Origin: an uncultured Alistipes sp.
GTDB lineage: Bacteria; Bacteroidota; Bacteroidia; Bacteroidales; Rikenellaceae
Direction of reading: 5' to 3'
DNA length: 64,000 nucleotides
Assembly (NCBI GenBank): GCA_945494785.1
Contig: CALYVN010000001.1
Coordinates: forward strand, 14,091-78,090
Shown here in pieces: positions 57,373 to 64,000 of the stretch (its first letter is position 1; each line of letters begins with the position of its first letter). The translations under genes were made by a program, and so were the position numbers. The notes beneath the pieces are model-generated. The model saw only the letters and a list, made by a program, of their open reading frames with translations. It made no database searches and had not been told where the DNA came from.

Positions 57373-57422
57373 AAAAAGAGGATGTCGGCAGTTTACCCAA
57401 CGTAATGGCTGCACCCTCTTTT
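57373..57422 (-). terminator. Candidate terminator downstream of the DUF2461-glyA unit
   Basis: The minus strand reads AAAGAGG...GCAG..CTGC...CCTCTTT followed by TTTC. The outer stem is 7-9 bp with an inner 4-bp stem. Confidence 0.45.
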
Positions 57423-57462
57423 CGCAAATAGCGCGACACTCCGCAATTATGACACACCGCCG

Positions 57463-58128
57463 TTACATCATCTCCTCGTAGGCATAGCGGACAGCCCGAT
57501 TGAGAATCGCGACGAGCGGTGCCGTGGAGCGGAAATCGTCCAACACCCGCACGAGCAGGTCGGGTGCGAGAATGGTGCGCTCGTCGAGCGGTTTCATTAT
57601 GCCGAAATCGAGCAGACGCAACCACTCGTCGTAGCGGTTGCCTGCGGGAAAGCCCTTCGGATTACGTTGCAGCGAACGGTCGCGACACAATGCGAAACCG
57701 TGCGAGCCGGCAATGGCACGTTCAATCGCTTCGCCGTTGTCTATAATCTCCTCGCGGATGCTGCGCAGCACCACAGGTGAAGGCATGTGCGAACCTGCCC
57801 ACAGAAAACTCTCTGCCGACGGCTCGATGTGCAGGTAATAACCCGCATAGCCCGCCTTTTTGCCGTGCGGAGCAACGAATACGCCCATGTTGGTCTTGTA
57901 TGGCGTTTTGTCTGCCGAAAAGCGCGTATCGCGATAGATACGGTAGGTGCAATCGCGCAATCCGAGTCCGCGCACCGAATCGTCGAAAGCCGCTATGCCG
58001 TCGATGACGCCGAGTGCAAACTCGCCGAACTGCGCCTCTGCCTGCCGGTACTCCGCCTTGTGGGCGGCAAACCACTCGCGATTGTTGTTCGACGCGAGTG
58101 CCGACAAAAAATCGACTACGCTGCGCAT
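57463..58128 (-). CDS. DUF2461 (TIGR02453) family protein
   Basis: 221 aa. LSALASNNNREWFAAHKAEY...YRIYRDTRFSADKTPYKTNMG. Confidence 0.8.
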   Translation of the reverse strand: MRSVVDFLSALASNNNREWFAAHKAEYRQAEAQFGEFALGVIDGIAAFDDSVRGLGLRDCTYRIYRDTRFSADKTPYKTNMGVFVAPHGKKAGYAGYYLHIEPSAESFLWAGSHMPSPVVLRSIREEIIDNGEAIERAIAGSHGFALCRDRSLQRNPKGFPAGNRYDEWLRLLDFGIMKPLDERTILAPDLLVRVLDDFRSTAPLVAILNRAVRYAYEEMM

Positions 58129-58131
58129 GGC

Positions 58132-59418
58132 CTACCAAGCAAAAAGAGGATAACCTGCCATAAGCGCATTGACCTCCTTGCGAACGGCAGCGATGTTGGC
58201 TTCGTTCTCGGGGTCGCACAGCACTCTGTCCACGAGCGCGGCGATAACGGGCATCTGCTCCTCCTTCAATCCGCGCGTGGTAACGGCAGGCGTACCGAAG
58301 CGCAATCCAGATGTTTGGAATGCCGAGCGCGAATCGAAAGGTACCATATTTTTGTTTGCGGTGATGTCGGCGGCAACGAGTGCCCGTTCGGCAACCTTGC
58401 CCGTCAAATCGGGGAATTTAGGCCGCAAATCGACCAATATAAGGTGGTTGTCCGTACCGTCCGAAACAATTTTGTAGCCGCGTTCGATAAATGCCGCCGC
58501 AAGCGATTTGGCATTTTTGGCAACCTGACGCTGATACTCCGCAAACGACGAGTCGAGAGCCTCGCCGAACGCCACCGCTTTGGCGGCAATGACATGTTCG
58601 AGCGGTCCGCCCTGAATACCGGGGAACACCGCCGAATTGAGTATCTGCGACATCATCTTCACCGCGCCCTTCGGCGTGGTCAGTCCCCAAGGATTTTCGA
58701 AATCCTTGCCCATCAAAATTATGCCTCCGCGAGGTCCGCGCAATGTCTTGTGAGTGGTCGAGGTTACGATATGGGCATAGCGGACAGGGTTGTCGAGCAA
58801 TCCCGCAGCAATCAGACCCGCCGTATGCGCCATGTCTATCATCAACAACGCACCCACCTTGTCGGCAATGGCACGCATACGCTTGTAGTCCCATTCGCGC
58901 GAATATGCCGATGCTCCGCCGATGATGAGTTTCGGGCGATGTTCCAATGCCTTTGCCTCCATCTCGTCGTAATCCACACGACCGTCGGCCTCGCGCACCG
59001 AGTAACTGACCGCCTTGAAATATGTACCCGACATATTGACAGCCGAGCCGTGCGACAAGTGGCCGCCATGAGAGAGATTCAGTCCGAGAAAGGTATCACC
59101 CGGTTTCAACACGGCAAAGAATACCGCCATATTGGCCTGTGCGCCCGAATGCGGCTGCACGTTGGCATACTCCGCACCGTATAGCCGACAGATGCGCTCT
59201 ATTGCCAGCGACTCCACTTTGTCCACCACCTCGCAACCGCCGTAATAACGGGCTGCGGGATAGCCTTCGGCATATTTGTTGGTCAGCACGGAGCCCATCG
59301 CCTCCATCACCTGCGGACTGACGAAATTCTCCGACGCGATGAGTTCGATGCCGCGCATCTGACGCTCGCGTTCCTGCGAAATAAGGTCGAAAAGTTGAGT
59401 GTCTTTTTTCATTGTCAT
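58132..59418 (-). CDS. glyA: Serine hydroxymethyltransferase
   Basis: 428 aa with motifs [42 protein letters not shown]. Confidence 0.97.
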   Translation of the reverse strand: MTMKKDTQLFDLISQERERQMRGIELIASENFVSPQVMEAMGSVLTNKYAEGYPAARYYGGCEVVDKVESLAIERICRLYGAEYANVQPHSGAQANMAVFFAVLKPGDTFLGLNLSHGGHLSHGSAVNMSGTYFKAVSYSVREADGRVDYDEMEAKALEHRPKLIIGGASAYSREWDYKRMRAIADKVGALLMIDMAHTAGLIAAGLLDNPVRYAHIVTSTTHKTLRGPRGGIILMGKDFENPWGLTTPKGAVKMMSQILNSAVFPGIQGGPLEHVIAAKAVAFGEALDSSFAEYQRQVAKNAKSLAAAFIERGYKIVSDGTDNHLILVDLRPKFPDLTGKVAERALVAADITANKNMVPFDSRSAFQTSGLRFGTPAVTTRGLKEEQMPVIAALVDRVLCDPENEANIAAVRKEVNALMAGYPLFAW

Positions 59419-59444
59419 ATTGGGTTTGTTCGGTTTGCAATACT

Positions 59445-59452
59445 CAAAGATA
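59445..59452 (-). promoter_or_regulatory. -7 promoter box (TATCTTTG) upstream of glyA
   Basis: The plus strand reads caaagata, 26 nt upstream of the ATG at 59418. Confidence 0.5.
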
Positions 59453-59475
59453 ACTCTATTTTCAGAGAAAATAAC

Positions 59476-59483
59476 TATCTTTG
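59476..59483 (+). promoter_or_regulatory. -7 promoter box (TATCTTTG) upstream of fabG
   Basis: tatctttg lies 39 nt upstream of the ATG at 59523. The ORF-track start at 59481 falls inside this box and is therefore unlikely. Confidence 0.5.
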
Positions 59484-59522
59484 GAGCAAAATTATTTGAT
59501 TTTTTATCATTACCGTTTGATT

Positions 59523-60269
59523 ATGAAACTTCTTGAAGGAAAAGTAGCCTTGGTTACGGGCGCAGGACGCGGCATAGGCAAGGCAGTGGCAATGAAATTT
59601 GCCGAGCAGGGTGCAGATATAGCATTTACCGATTTGGAACTCAACGACACGGTGCTTGCCACGGTGGCAGACCTCGAACAGTTCGGTACGCGCGTCAAGG
59701 CATACGCCTCGAATGCCGCCGATTTCGAACAGTCGCACAAGGTCGTCGAGCAGGTGGTTGCCGACTTCGGGCGTATCGACATACTCGTCAATAACGCCGG
59801 CATAACAAAGGACGGTTTGATGATGCGCATGAGCGAGGCGCAGTGGGATGCGGTGCTCAATGTCAATCTCAAATCGGCATTCAATTTCATCCACGCCGTA
59901 ACTCCCGTCATGGCTCGTCAGCGCGGTGGTTCGATTATCAATATGTCGTCGGTGGTCGGCGTAAGCGGCAATGCGGGACAATGCAACTACTCGGCATCGA
60001 AAGCGGGCATGATAGGTTTGGCGAAATCCATCGCCAAAGAGATGGGACCTCGCGGCATACGCGCCAACTGCATCGCCCCGGGCTTCATCATCTCGGATAT
60101 GACCAACAAACTCTCCGAGGAGATTCGCGAGGAGTGGTGCAAGAGCATTCCGTTGCGTCGCGGAGGTACGCCGGAGGATGTGGCAAATGTAGCCCTCTTC
60201 CTCGCCTCCGACCTTTCGTCTTATGTCAGCGGTCAGGTGGTACACTGCTGCGGCGGAATGAATTGTTAG
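59523..60269 (+). CDS. fabG: 3-oxoacyl-[acyl-carrier-protein] reductase (SDR)
   Basis: MKLLEGKVALVTGAGRGIGKA, NNAGIT, and YSASKAG catalytic Tyr/Lys. Confidence 0.9.
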   Translation: MKLLEGKVALVTGAGRGIGKAVAMKFAEQGADIAFTDLELNDTVLATVADLEQFGTRVKAYASNAADFEQSHKVVEQVVADFGRIDILVNNAGITKDGLMMRMSEAQWDAVLNVNLKSAFNFIHAVTPVMARQRGGSIINMSSVVGVSGNAGQCNYSASKAGMIGLAKSIAKEMGPRGIRANCIAPGFIISDMTNKLSEEIREEWCKSIPLRRGGTPEDVANVALFLASDLSSYVSGQVVHCCGGMNC

Positions 60270-60291
60270 CCGCAAACGACGGTATAAAAGA

Positions 60292-60299
60292 TAGGTTTG
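60292..60299 (+). promoter_or_regulatory. -7 promoter box (TAGGTTTG) upstream of the 60331 gene
   Basis: taggtttg lies 31 nt upstream of the ATG at 60331. Confidence 0.4.
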
Positions 60300-60330
60300 G
60301 CAAGCAAAACCCTTTGATTCGACTATCGAA

Positions 60331-61233
60331 ATGAAACGATTGTTGATGGCTTTGGCACTATTCTGCGCTGTATGTTCGGCATCTGCGCAGGAGATGTTGC
60401 GCATCAATCCCGATGCGCGGGCAACTGCCATGGGCGACAGCGGCACAGCCGCAACGGGCAGTGCCTACCCTACTTTCCACAATCCTGCATCGCCGCTGTT
60501 CGAATATCAATGGGTGCAGGCTTCGTTCGCCTATTCGCTCTTTGCGGGCAACGAGTTCGGCAAATATCGGCTGATGGCTGTCGGCGGCTATGTCCGACTG
60601 CACGAGCGACATGCCCTCGCACTCGGCGTCAGGCTTGCTCTCGACCCGTGCAACGAGGCTGTTGCGCCACGTCGTCCCGATACCAAGTCGTTCGACCTCG
60701 CATACGGCTACAAAATCGGCGACCATGTCGCTTTGGCCGCAACGGCACGCTACATGCACCGCAACAACGGCGGCGAACTCAATTCGAATGCCATAGGCTT
60801 CGATGTCGGAGTGATGTCGCGGATTCCCGTCAATATCTGCGAAGGCTCGGAGGTCGGTATCGGTGCAACGCTTGCAAATGCGGGTTTTTGGTGGGGAGAC
60901 GAGTGCAGCGAACTGCCGCTATCGTTATCGGCAGGAGCGTCGTTGCTGCTGCCGCTGCGCGATTCGCATTCGTTGGAGTTCGCCTTCGATGCTGCCTACT
61001 GCTTTTCGCCCGAGCCACTGCGCCGATTCAGTACCGGTATAGGCGTGGAGTATTCGCTGATGCAGATGTTGCGGTTTCGTGCGGGAGGTAATTTCTCGCG
61101 CCGTTTGAGTTACGGCTCGCTCGGCTTCGGATTCCGCTTTTTCCACCTGCAATTCGATGTATCCTACACGATGGCAGGCCGCTGCAATCCGCTGCGCAAT
61201 GCAGTACAGTTTTGCGCAGGAGTCGATTTTTAG
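60331..61233 (+). CDS. Outer-membrane beta-barrel protein, PorV/PorQ-like (hypothetical)
   Basis: 300 aa. Signal peptide, N-terminal DARATAMGDSGTAATGSAYPTFHNPA resembling the PorV/PorQ/UPF0164 motif, alternating beta pattern, and a C-terminal aromatic residue (AGVDF). Confidence 0.45.
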   Translation: MKRLLMALALFCAVCSASAQEMLRINPDARATAMGDSGTAATGSAYPTFHNPASPLFEYQWVQASFAYSLFAGNEFGKYRLMAVGGYVRLHERHALALGVRLALDPCNEAVAPRRPDTKSFDLAYGYKIGDHVALAATARYMHRNNGGELNSNAIGFDVGVMSRIPVNICEGSEVGIGATLANAGFWWGDECSELPLSLSAGASLLLPLRDSHSLEFAFDAAYCFSPEPLRRFSTGIGVEYSLMQMLRFRAGGNFSRRLSYGSLGFGFRFFHLQFDVSYTMAGRCNPLRNAVQFCAGVDF

Positions 61234-61285
61234 TCGGCATCGCAACAAAAATCAAGGGCGGAACAATCAAAAAAGAGGTCTGACA

Positions 61286-61765
61286 TCAGACCTCTTTTTC
61301 GGTTACATGCGCGATAATCTGTTCGCAACCGTTTTCGAGCATATCGAGCACCAATTCAAAGCCGTCGGCACCCTCGTAATATGGGTCGGGAACGTAACTC
61401 CAATCGGGAAAGGCTGTGGTAAATTCCCGCATACGGAACACCTTGTCGATATAGCGACGTTCGGGTGCAAGCCGACAGACTGTCTCGTAGTTGTTGTCGT
61501 CCATCACCACAATCATATCGAAATCGTAAAAATCATCCTCACGGATGGTGCGGGCGCGATGCGTCAGATTGTAACCGCGAGCCGAAGCCGCACGCCTCAT
61601 GCGAGGGTCGGGCAAATCGCCGACATGTCCCGAATAGGTACCTGCCGAATCGACCTCTATCGCGTCGTCCAAACTCCGACGGCTGACCATCTGTTCGAGG
61701 ATGCCGTCGGCTGCGGGCGAACGGCAGATGTTGCCCAAGCAGACAAAAAGGATGCGTGTTTTCAT
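61286..61765 (-). CDS. Low-molecular-weight protein-tyrosine phosphatase
   Basis: 159 aa. The P-loop ILFVCLGNICRSPAA, with a DP motif downstream. Confidence 0.9.
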   Translation of the reverse strand: MKTRILFVCLGNICRSPAADGILEQMVSRRSLDDAIEVDSAGTYSGHVGDLPDPRMRRAASARGYNLTHRARTIREDDFYDFDMIVVMDDNNYETVCRLAPERRYIDKVFRMREFTTAFPDWSYVPDPYYEGADGFELVLDMLENGCEQIIAHVTEKEV

Positions 61766-61769
61766 GCCG

Positions 61770-61777
61770 CAAATTTA
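61770..61777 (-). promoter_or_regulatory. -7 promoter box (TAAATTTG) 4 nt upstream of the LMW-PTP ATG
   Basis: The minus strand reads TAAATTTG-CGGC-ATG. Confidence 0.4.
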
Positions 61778-61924
61778 GCACAAATCGGGCAAACCTCCAA
61801 ATGGCATGCAACAGGCGCACAAAGAGGGTCGGCAGAGTGTTTTATAAAGCATTACAACTATCGGTTTTGGCGCAAAAAACACGCACGCTGCACCAAAAAT
61901 ATGCGCTGTTTATAAAAATAAGTA

Positions 61925-61932
61925 TATATTTG
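61925..61932 (+). promoter_or_regulatory. -7 promoter box (TATATTTG) upstream of the ytfJ-like gene
   Basis: tatatttg lies 25 nt upstream of the ATG at 61958. Confidence 0.5.
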
Positions 61933-61957
61933 TGCCGAATTTCAACAAATCAATGTT

Positions 61958-62482
61958 ATGAAAATTAAAGTATTGTTGGCCGCAACGATGTTGATTGCAT
62001 CGACAACGGCAATCGCTCAGGAGGCGGAACTGCCACGCAAAGTGAACAACGTAACGCTTCTCGACCTGAACGGCAAGGAGGCTACTCTGCCCGAGTGGGG
62101 CAACAAGAATCTGATGATATTCTATGTCGATCCCGACCATCACAAGCAGAATCAGGATTTCACCGAAGAGTTGGAGCAGAACGGTCGTGCTTCGGGCGGA
62201 GCGATTGTGGGCTTCGGCGTGATGAATCTCAAAGATGCTCCGATGGTGCCTAACGGCATGGCTCGCAGTCTGGCACGCAAACGTACCGAAAAGAACGGTG
62301 CAACGGTGCTTGCCGACCAAAACCGCACCCTCAGCACCGAATGGGGCTTGGGCAACTGCAACAACCTCTTCGTACTGCTGCTCGTCAGCAAAGAGGGCGA
62401 ACTCGTCTATATGAAAAAGGGTCCGTTGAGCGAGGCGGACAAAGAGGAGTTTTACCAAGTGGTCGATAAATACCGCAACTAA
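61958..62482 (+). CDS. YtfJ-family periplasmic thioredoxin-fold protein
   Basis: 174 aa with a signal peptide. LMIFYVDPDHHKQN...MNLKDAPMVPNGMARSLARKR...LLLVSKEGELVYMKKGPLSEADKEEF aligns by eye with E. coli YtfJ (NTDDAIPGSGMFVRSSLESNKK...VVVLDKDGRVQWAKDGALTPEDV). Confidence 0.6.
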   Translation: MKIKVLLAATMLIASTTAIAQEAELPRKVNNVTLLDLNGKEATLPEWGNKNLMIFYVDPDHHKQNQDFTEELEQNGRASGGAIVGFGVMNLKDAPMVPNGMARSLARKRTEKNGATVLADQNRTLSTEWGLGNCNNLFVLLLVSKEGELVYMKKGPLSEADKEEFYQVVDKYRN

Positions 62483-63726
62483 TGCGTCTGCTTGCGACAG
62501 TCATATTGACGATATTGTTGTCGGTTTGGGTCGAAAAGGTTTCGGCTCAAACCGACAGCATACTTGTAACGGGGCAGGATACAATCCGCTACACCTATAC
62601 GCCTATGGCGATGCCTGCCGTCGAAAAAGCCGATACCGTTGCCGTAAAACCGAAGAAAAACAACATCTTTCGGCGTATCGTGAGATATTTCGCCGAGAGT
62701 TCGATAGACAAGAGTTTCGAAAAGAAACTCGACTTTACCTTCGTACTTGGTCCCTACTACTCCAACAGCACGAGTTTGGGCTTGGGAGTGTTGGCTTCGG
62801 GATTGTACCGCATCGACCGCGAAAACCGCACTCTGCCGCCATCGTCGTTCTCGGTCTATGTCAATGCCTCGATAATCGGCATGTATAAGGTCGGCATCGA
62901 GAGCGTCAGCATCTTCAAGGACGACAAAAACCGACTGTTCGGCGACCTCAGTTTTATGTCGATGCCGACCGACTTTTGGGGTTTGGGTTATACGGACGCC
63001 GTACATAACGCCAGCACCCGCTACACCTCGAACAGATACCAAATCAACGTAAAATATCTACACCGACTATTCCGCAACACCTACGCCGGTGCGTGTCTCA
63101 ATTTCGACTACACGGCTGCCAAGCGGCTCAAACATCCCGAGTATCTCCACGGTCAGAAGAGTGCCTACAATGCTACGGGATTGGCGATACTCATAGAGTA
63201 CGACTCGCGCGATTTCATTCCCAATCCGAGCAAGGGCGTTTTCTTGTCGGTCGAGCAACTCTTCCGTCCGCGCTTTGCCAACAATACGGGGCATAATCTG
63301 TGGCGCACGCGCATCACTGCCGACTACTACCACAAATTGTGGAAGGGAGCGACCGTTGCCATCGATTTGTACGGCGAAATCAACAGCAAAACGACCCCTT
63401 GGGTCTTCTATGCCCAAATGGGCGGCACAAAGCGTATGCGCGGCTATTACGAAGGGCGGTTTACCGACCTGAACGTGGTAATGGCGCAGGTCGAGATACG
63501 CCAGCGTATATGGAGACGAATCGGCATGACGGTTTGGGGTGGAGCGGGCAACGTGTTCCCGTCGTTCGAGAGTTTCGATTGGGGACAGACGATGCCCAAC
63601 TACGGTTTGGGCTTGCGCTGGGAGTTCAAAAATCGGGTCAATATCCGATTCGATTTCGGCATGGGACGCAAGGTGCAGGGCAAAATGATTAACGGATTTT
63701 TAATGTCGATAAATGAAGCGTTTTAG
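62482..63726 (+). CDS. BamA/TamA (Omp85)-family outer-membrane barrel without recognisable POTRA domains
   Basis: 414 aa with a signal peptide. Surface-antigen barrel signatures (GGTKRMRGYYEGRF, GLGLRW) and a terminal ...MSINEAF beta-signal. The ATG overlaps the upstream TAA (TAATG). Confidence 0.75.
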   Translation: MRLLATVILTILLSVWVEKVSAQTDSILVTGQDTIRYTYTPMAMPAVEKADTVAVKPKKNNIFRRIVRYFAESSIDKSFEKKLDFTFVLGPYYSNSTSLGLGVLASGLYRIDRENRTLPPSSFSVYVNASIIGMYKVGIESVSIFKDDKNRLFGDLSFMSMPTDFWGLGYTDAVHNASTRYTSNRYQINVKYLHRLFRNTYAGACLNFDYTAAKRLKHPEYLHGQKSAYNATGLAILIEYDSRDFIPNPSKGVFLSVEQLFRPRFANNTGHNLWRTRITADYYHKLWKGATVAIDLYGEINSKTTPWVFYAQMGGTKRMRGYYEGRFTDLNVVMAQVEIRQRIWRRIGMTVWGGAGNVFPSFESFDWGQTMPNYGLGLRWEFKNRVNIRFDFGMGRKVQGKMINGFLMSINEAF

Positions 63727-64000
63727 GATTAAAGCCAAAAAATCGCACAAGGCTTTGGCACTGCTCGCGTGGTTTCTGCTGACCGCCATGATTCCGAATC
63801 TGGTGTTGGTCGGTACCGAACACTACTGCGGGTGGTCGATACTTGCAGGGCTGCTCATGCCGCTCGGCTTCTATATGATTGCAGGCTCGTGCATTCGGCG
63901 CACGGGAGCACCCGTACTGCTGATGGTGTGGGTGATGGTGCTGTGCGCATTCCAGATAGTGCTGCTCTACCTGTTCGGCAACTCCATCATCGCGACCGAT
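63713..64000 (+). CDS. Polytopic membrane protein, N-terminal fragment; phosphoethanolamine-transferase/sulfatase-family-like (runs off window)
   Basis: Hand translation from the ATG at 63713 gives MKRFRIKAKKSHKALALLAWFLLTAMIPNLVLVG...VLCAFQIVLLYLFGNSIIATD. The frame is open to nt 64000 and overlaps the upstream gene by 14 nt. The resemblance to EptA-like N-terminal domains is from memory only. Confidence 0.4.
   Translation, partial: MKRFRIKAKKSHKALALLAWFLLTAMIPNLVLVGTEHYCGWSILAGLLMPLGFYMIAGSCIRRTGAPVLLMVWVMVLCAFQIVLLYLFGNSIIATD

Noticed and set aside
57166-57462. A search for a CIRCE element or a small RNA gene in the longest intergenic region, upstream of htpG.
   Set aside because: There is no TTAGCACTC-N9-GAGTGCTAA match and no promoter-plus-terminator pair defining an independent sRNA. 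The 3' part is explained by the terminator of the DUF2461-glyA unit. Only the palindromes are kept, as a low-interest finding.
1-64000. A window-wide look for CRISPR arrays, long direct or inverted repeats, IS elements, prophage genes, rRNA, riboswitch-like leaders and toxin-antitoxin pairs.
   Set aside because: By eye I found no regularly spaced repeats, no transposase, integrase or phage-type ORFs, and no intergenic region long enough (all are 300 bp or less) to hide such elements. A computational repeat and Rfam scan would be needed to exclude small elements.

Overview
This 64-kb window is a densely packed, mostly housekeeping chromosomal segment. Gene content and promoter motifs point to a Bacteroidales-type (Bacteroidota) genome. 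I call 55 protein-coding genes (two cut by the window edges) and two tRNAs (Leu-UAA, Gly-CCC). I found no rRNA, CRISPR array, transposase, integrase or phage genes, and no unexplained intergenic gap longer than about 300 bp.

Core genes: rho, lepA, pheT, ettA, hisS, dnaE, trxA, htpG, glyA, fabG, miaA, dusB, menA, aroE, mazG.

Accessory or envelope content:
- one GH31 and two GH20 glycosidases, plus a roughly 990-aa secreted amidase_3-like multidomain protein
- a LytS-type kinase / LytTR regulator next to a large outer-membrane barrel
- a tolC-hlyD-ABC2-ABC2 efflux operon with no ATPase gene
- an ECF sigma / anti-sigma / LTXXQ trio
- two metallophosphoesterases flanking a DUF4491 gene
- a translationally overlapped ytfJ-like / POTRA-less Omp85 / phosphoethanolamine-transferase-like operon

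Intergenic regions carry 20 copies of the Bacteroides-type -7 promoter box TAnnTTTG in sensible positions, and several strong hairpin terminators.

I see no clear, self-contained novel system such as a defence island, so this looks like an ordinary core region. The leads most worth a second look:
1. A Rho-CSD/OB-like module in the predicted periplasmic loop of the LytS-type kinase.
2. The kinase / regulator / outer-membrane-barrel neighbourhood.
3. The ytfJ-Omp85-EptA-like operon.
4. The ATPase-less ABC-2 efflux operon.
5. A GH31 gene wedged inside an nfeD-floA pair.
6. Two genes whose -7 box sits 4 nt from the ATG, implying leaderless mRNAs.
7. A duplicated AT-hook-like motif in the disordered insert of Rho.

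The many very long antisense ORFs in the track are codon-aligned artefacts of TTA/CTA/TCA codon avoidance and are rejected as genes.
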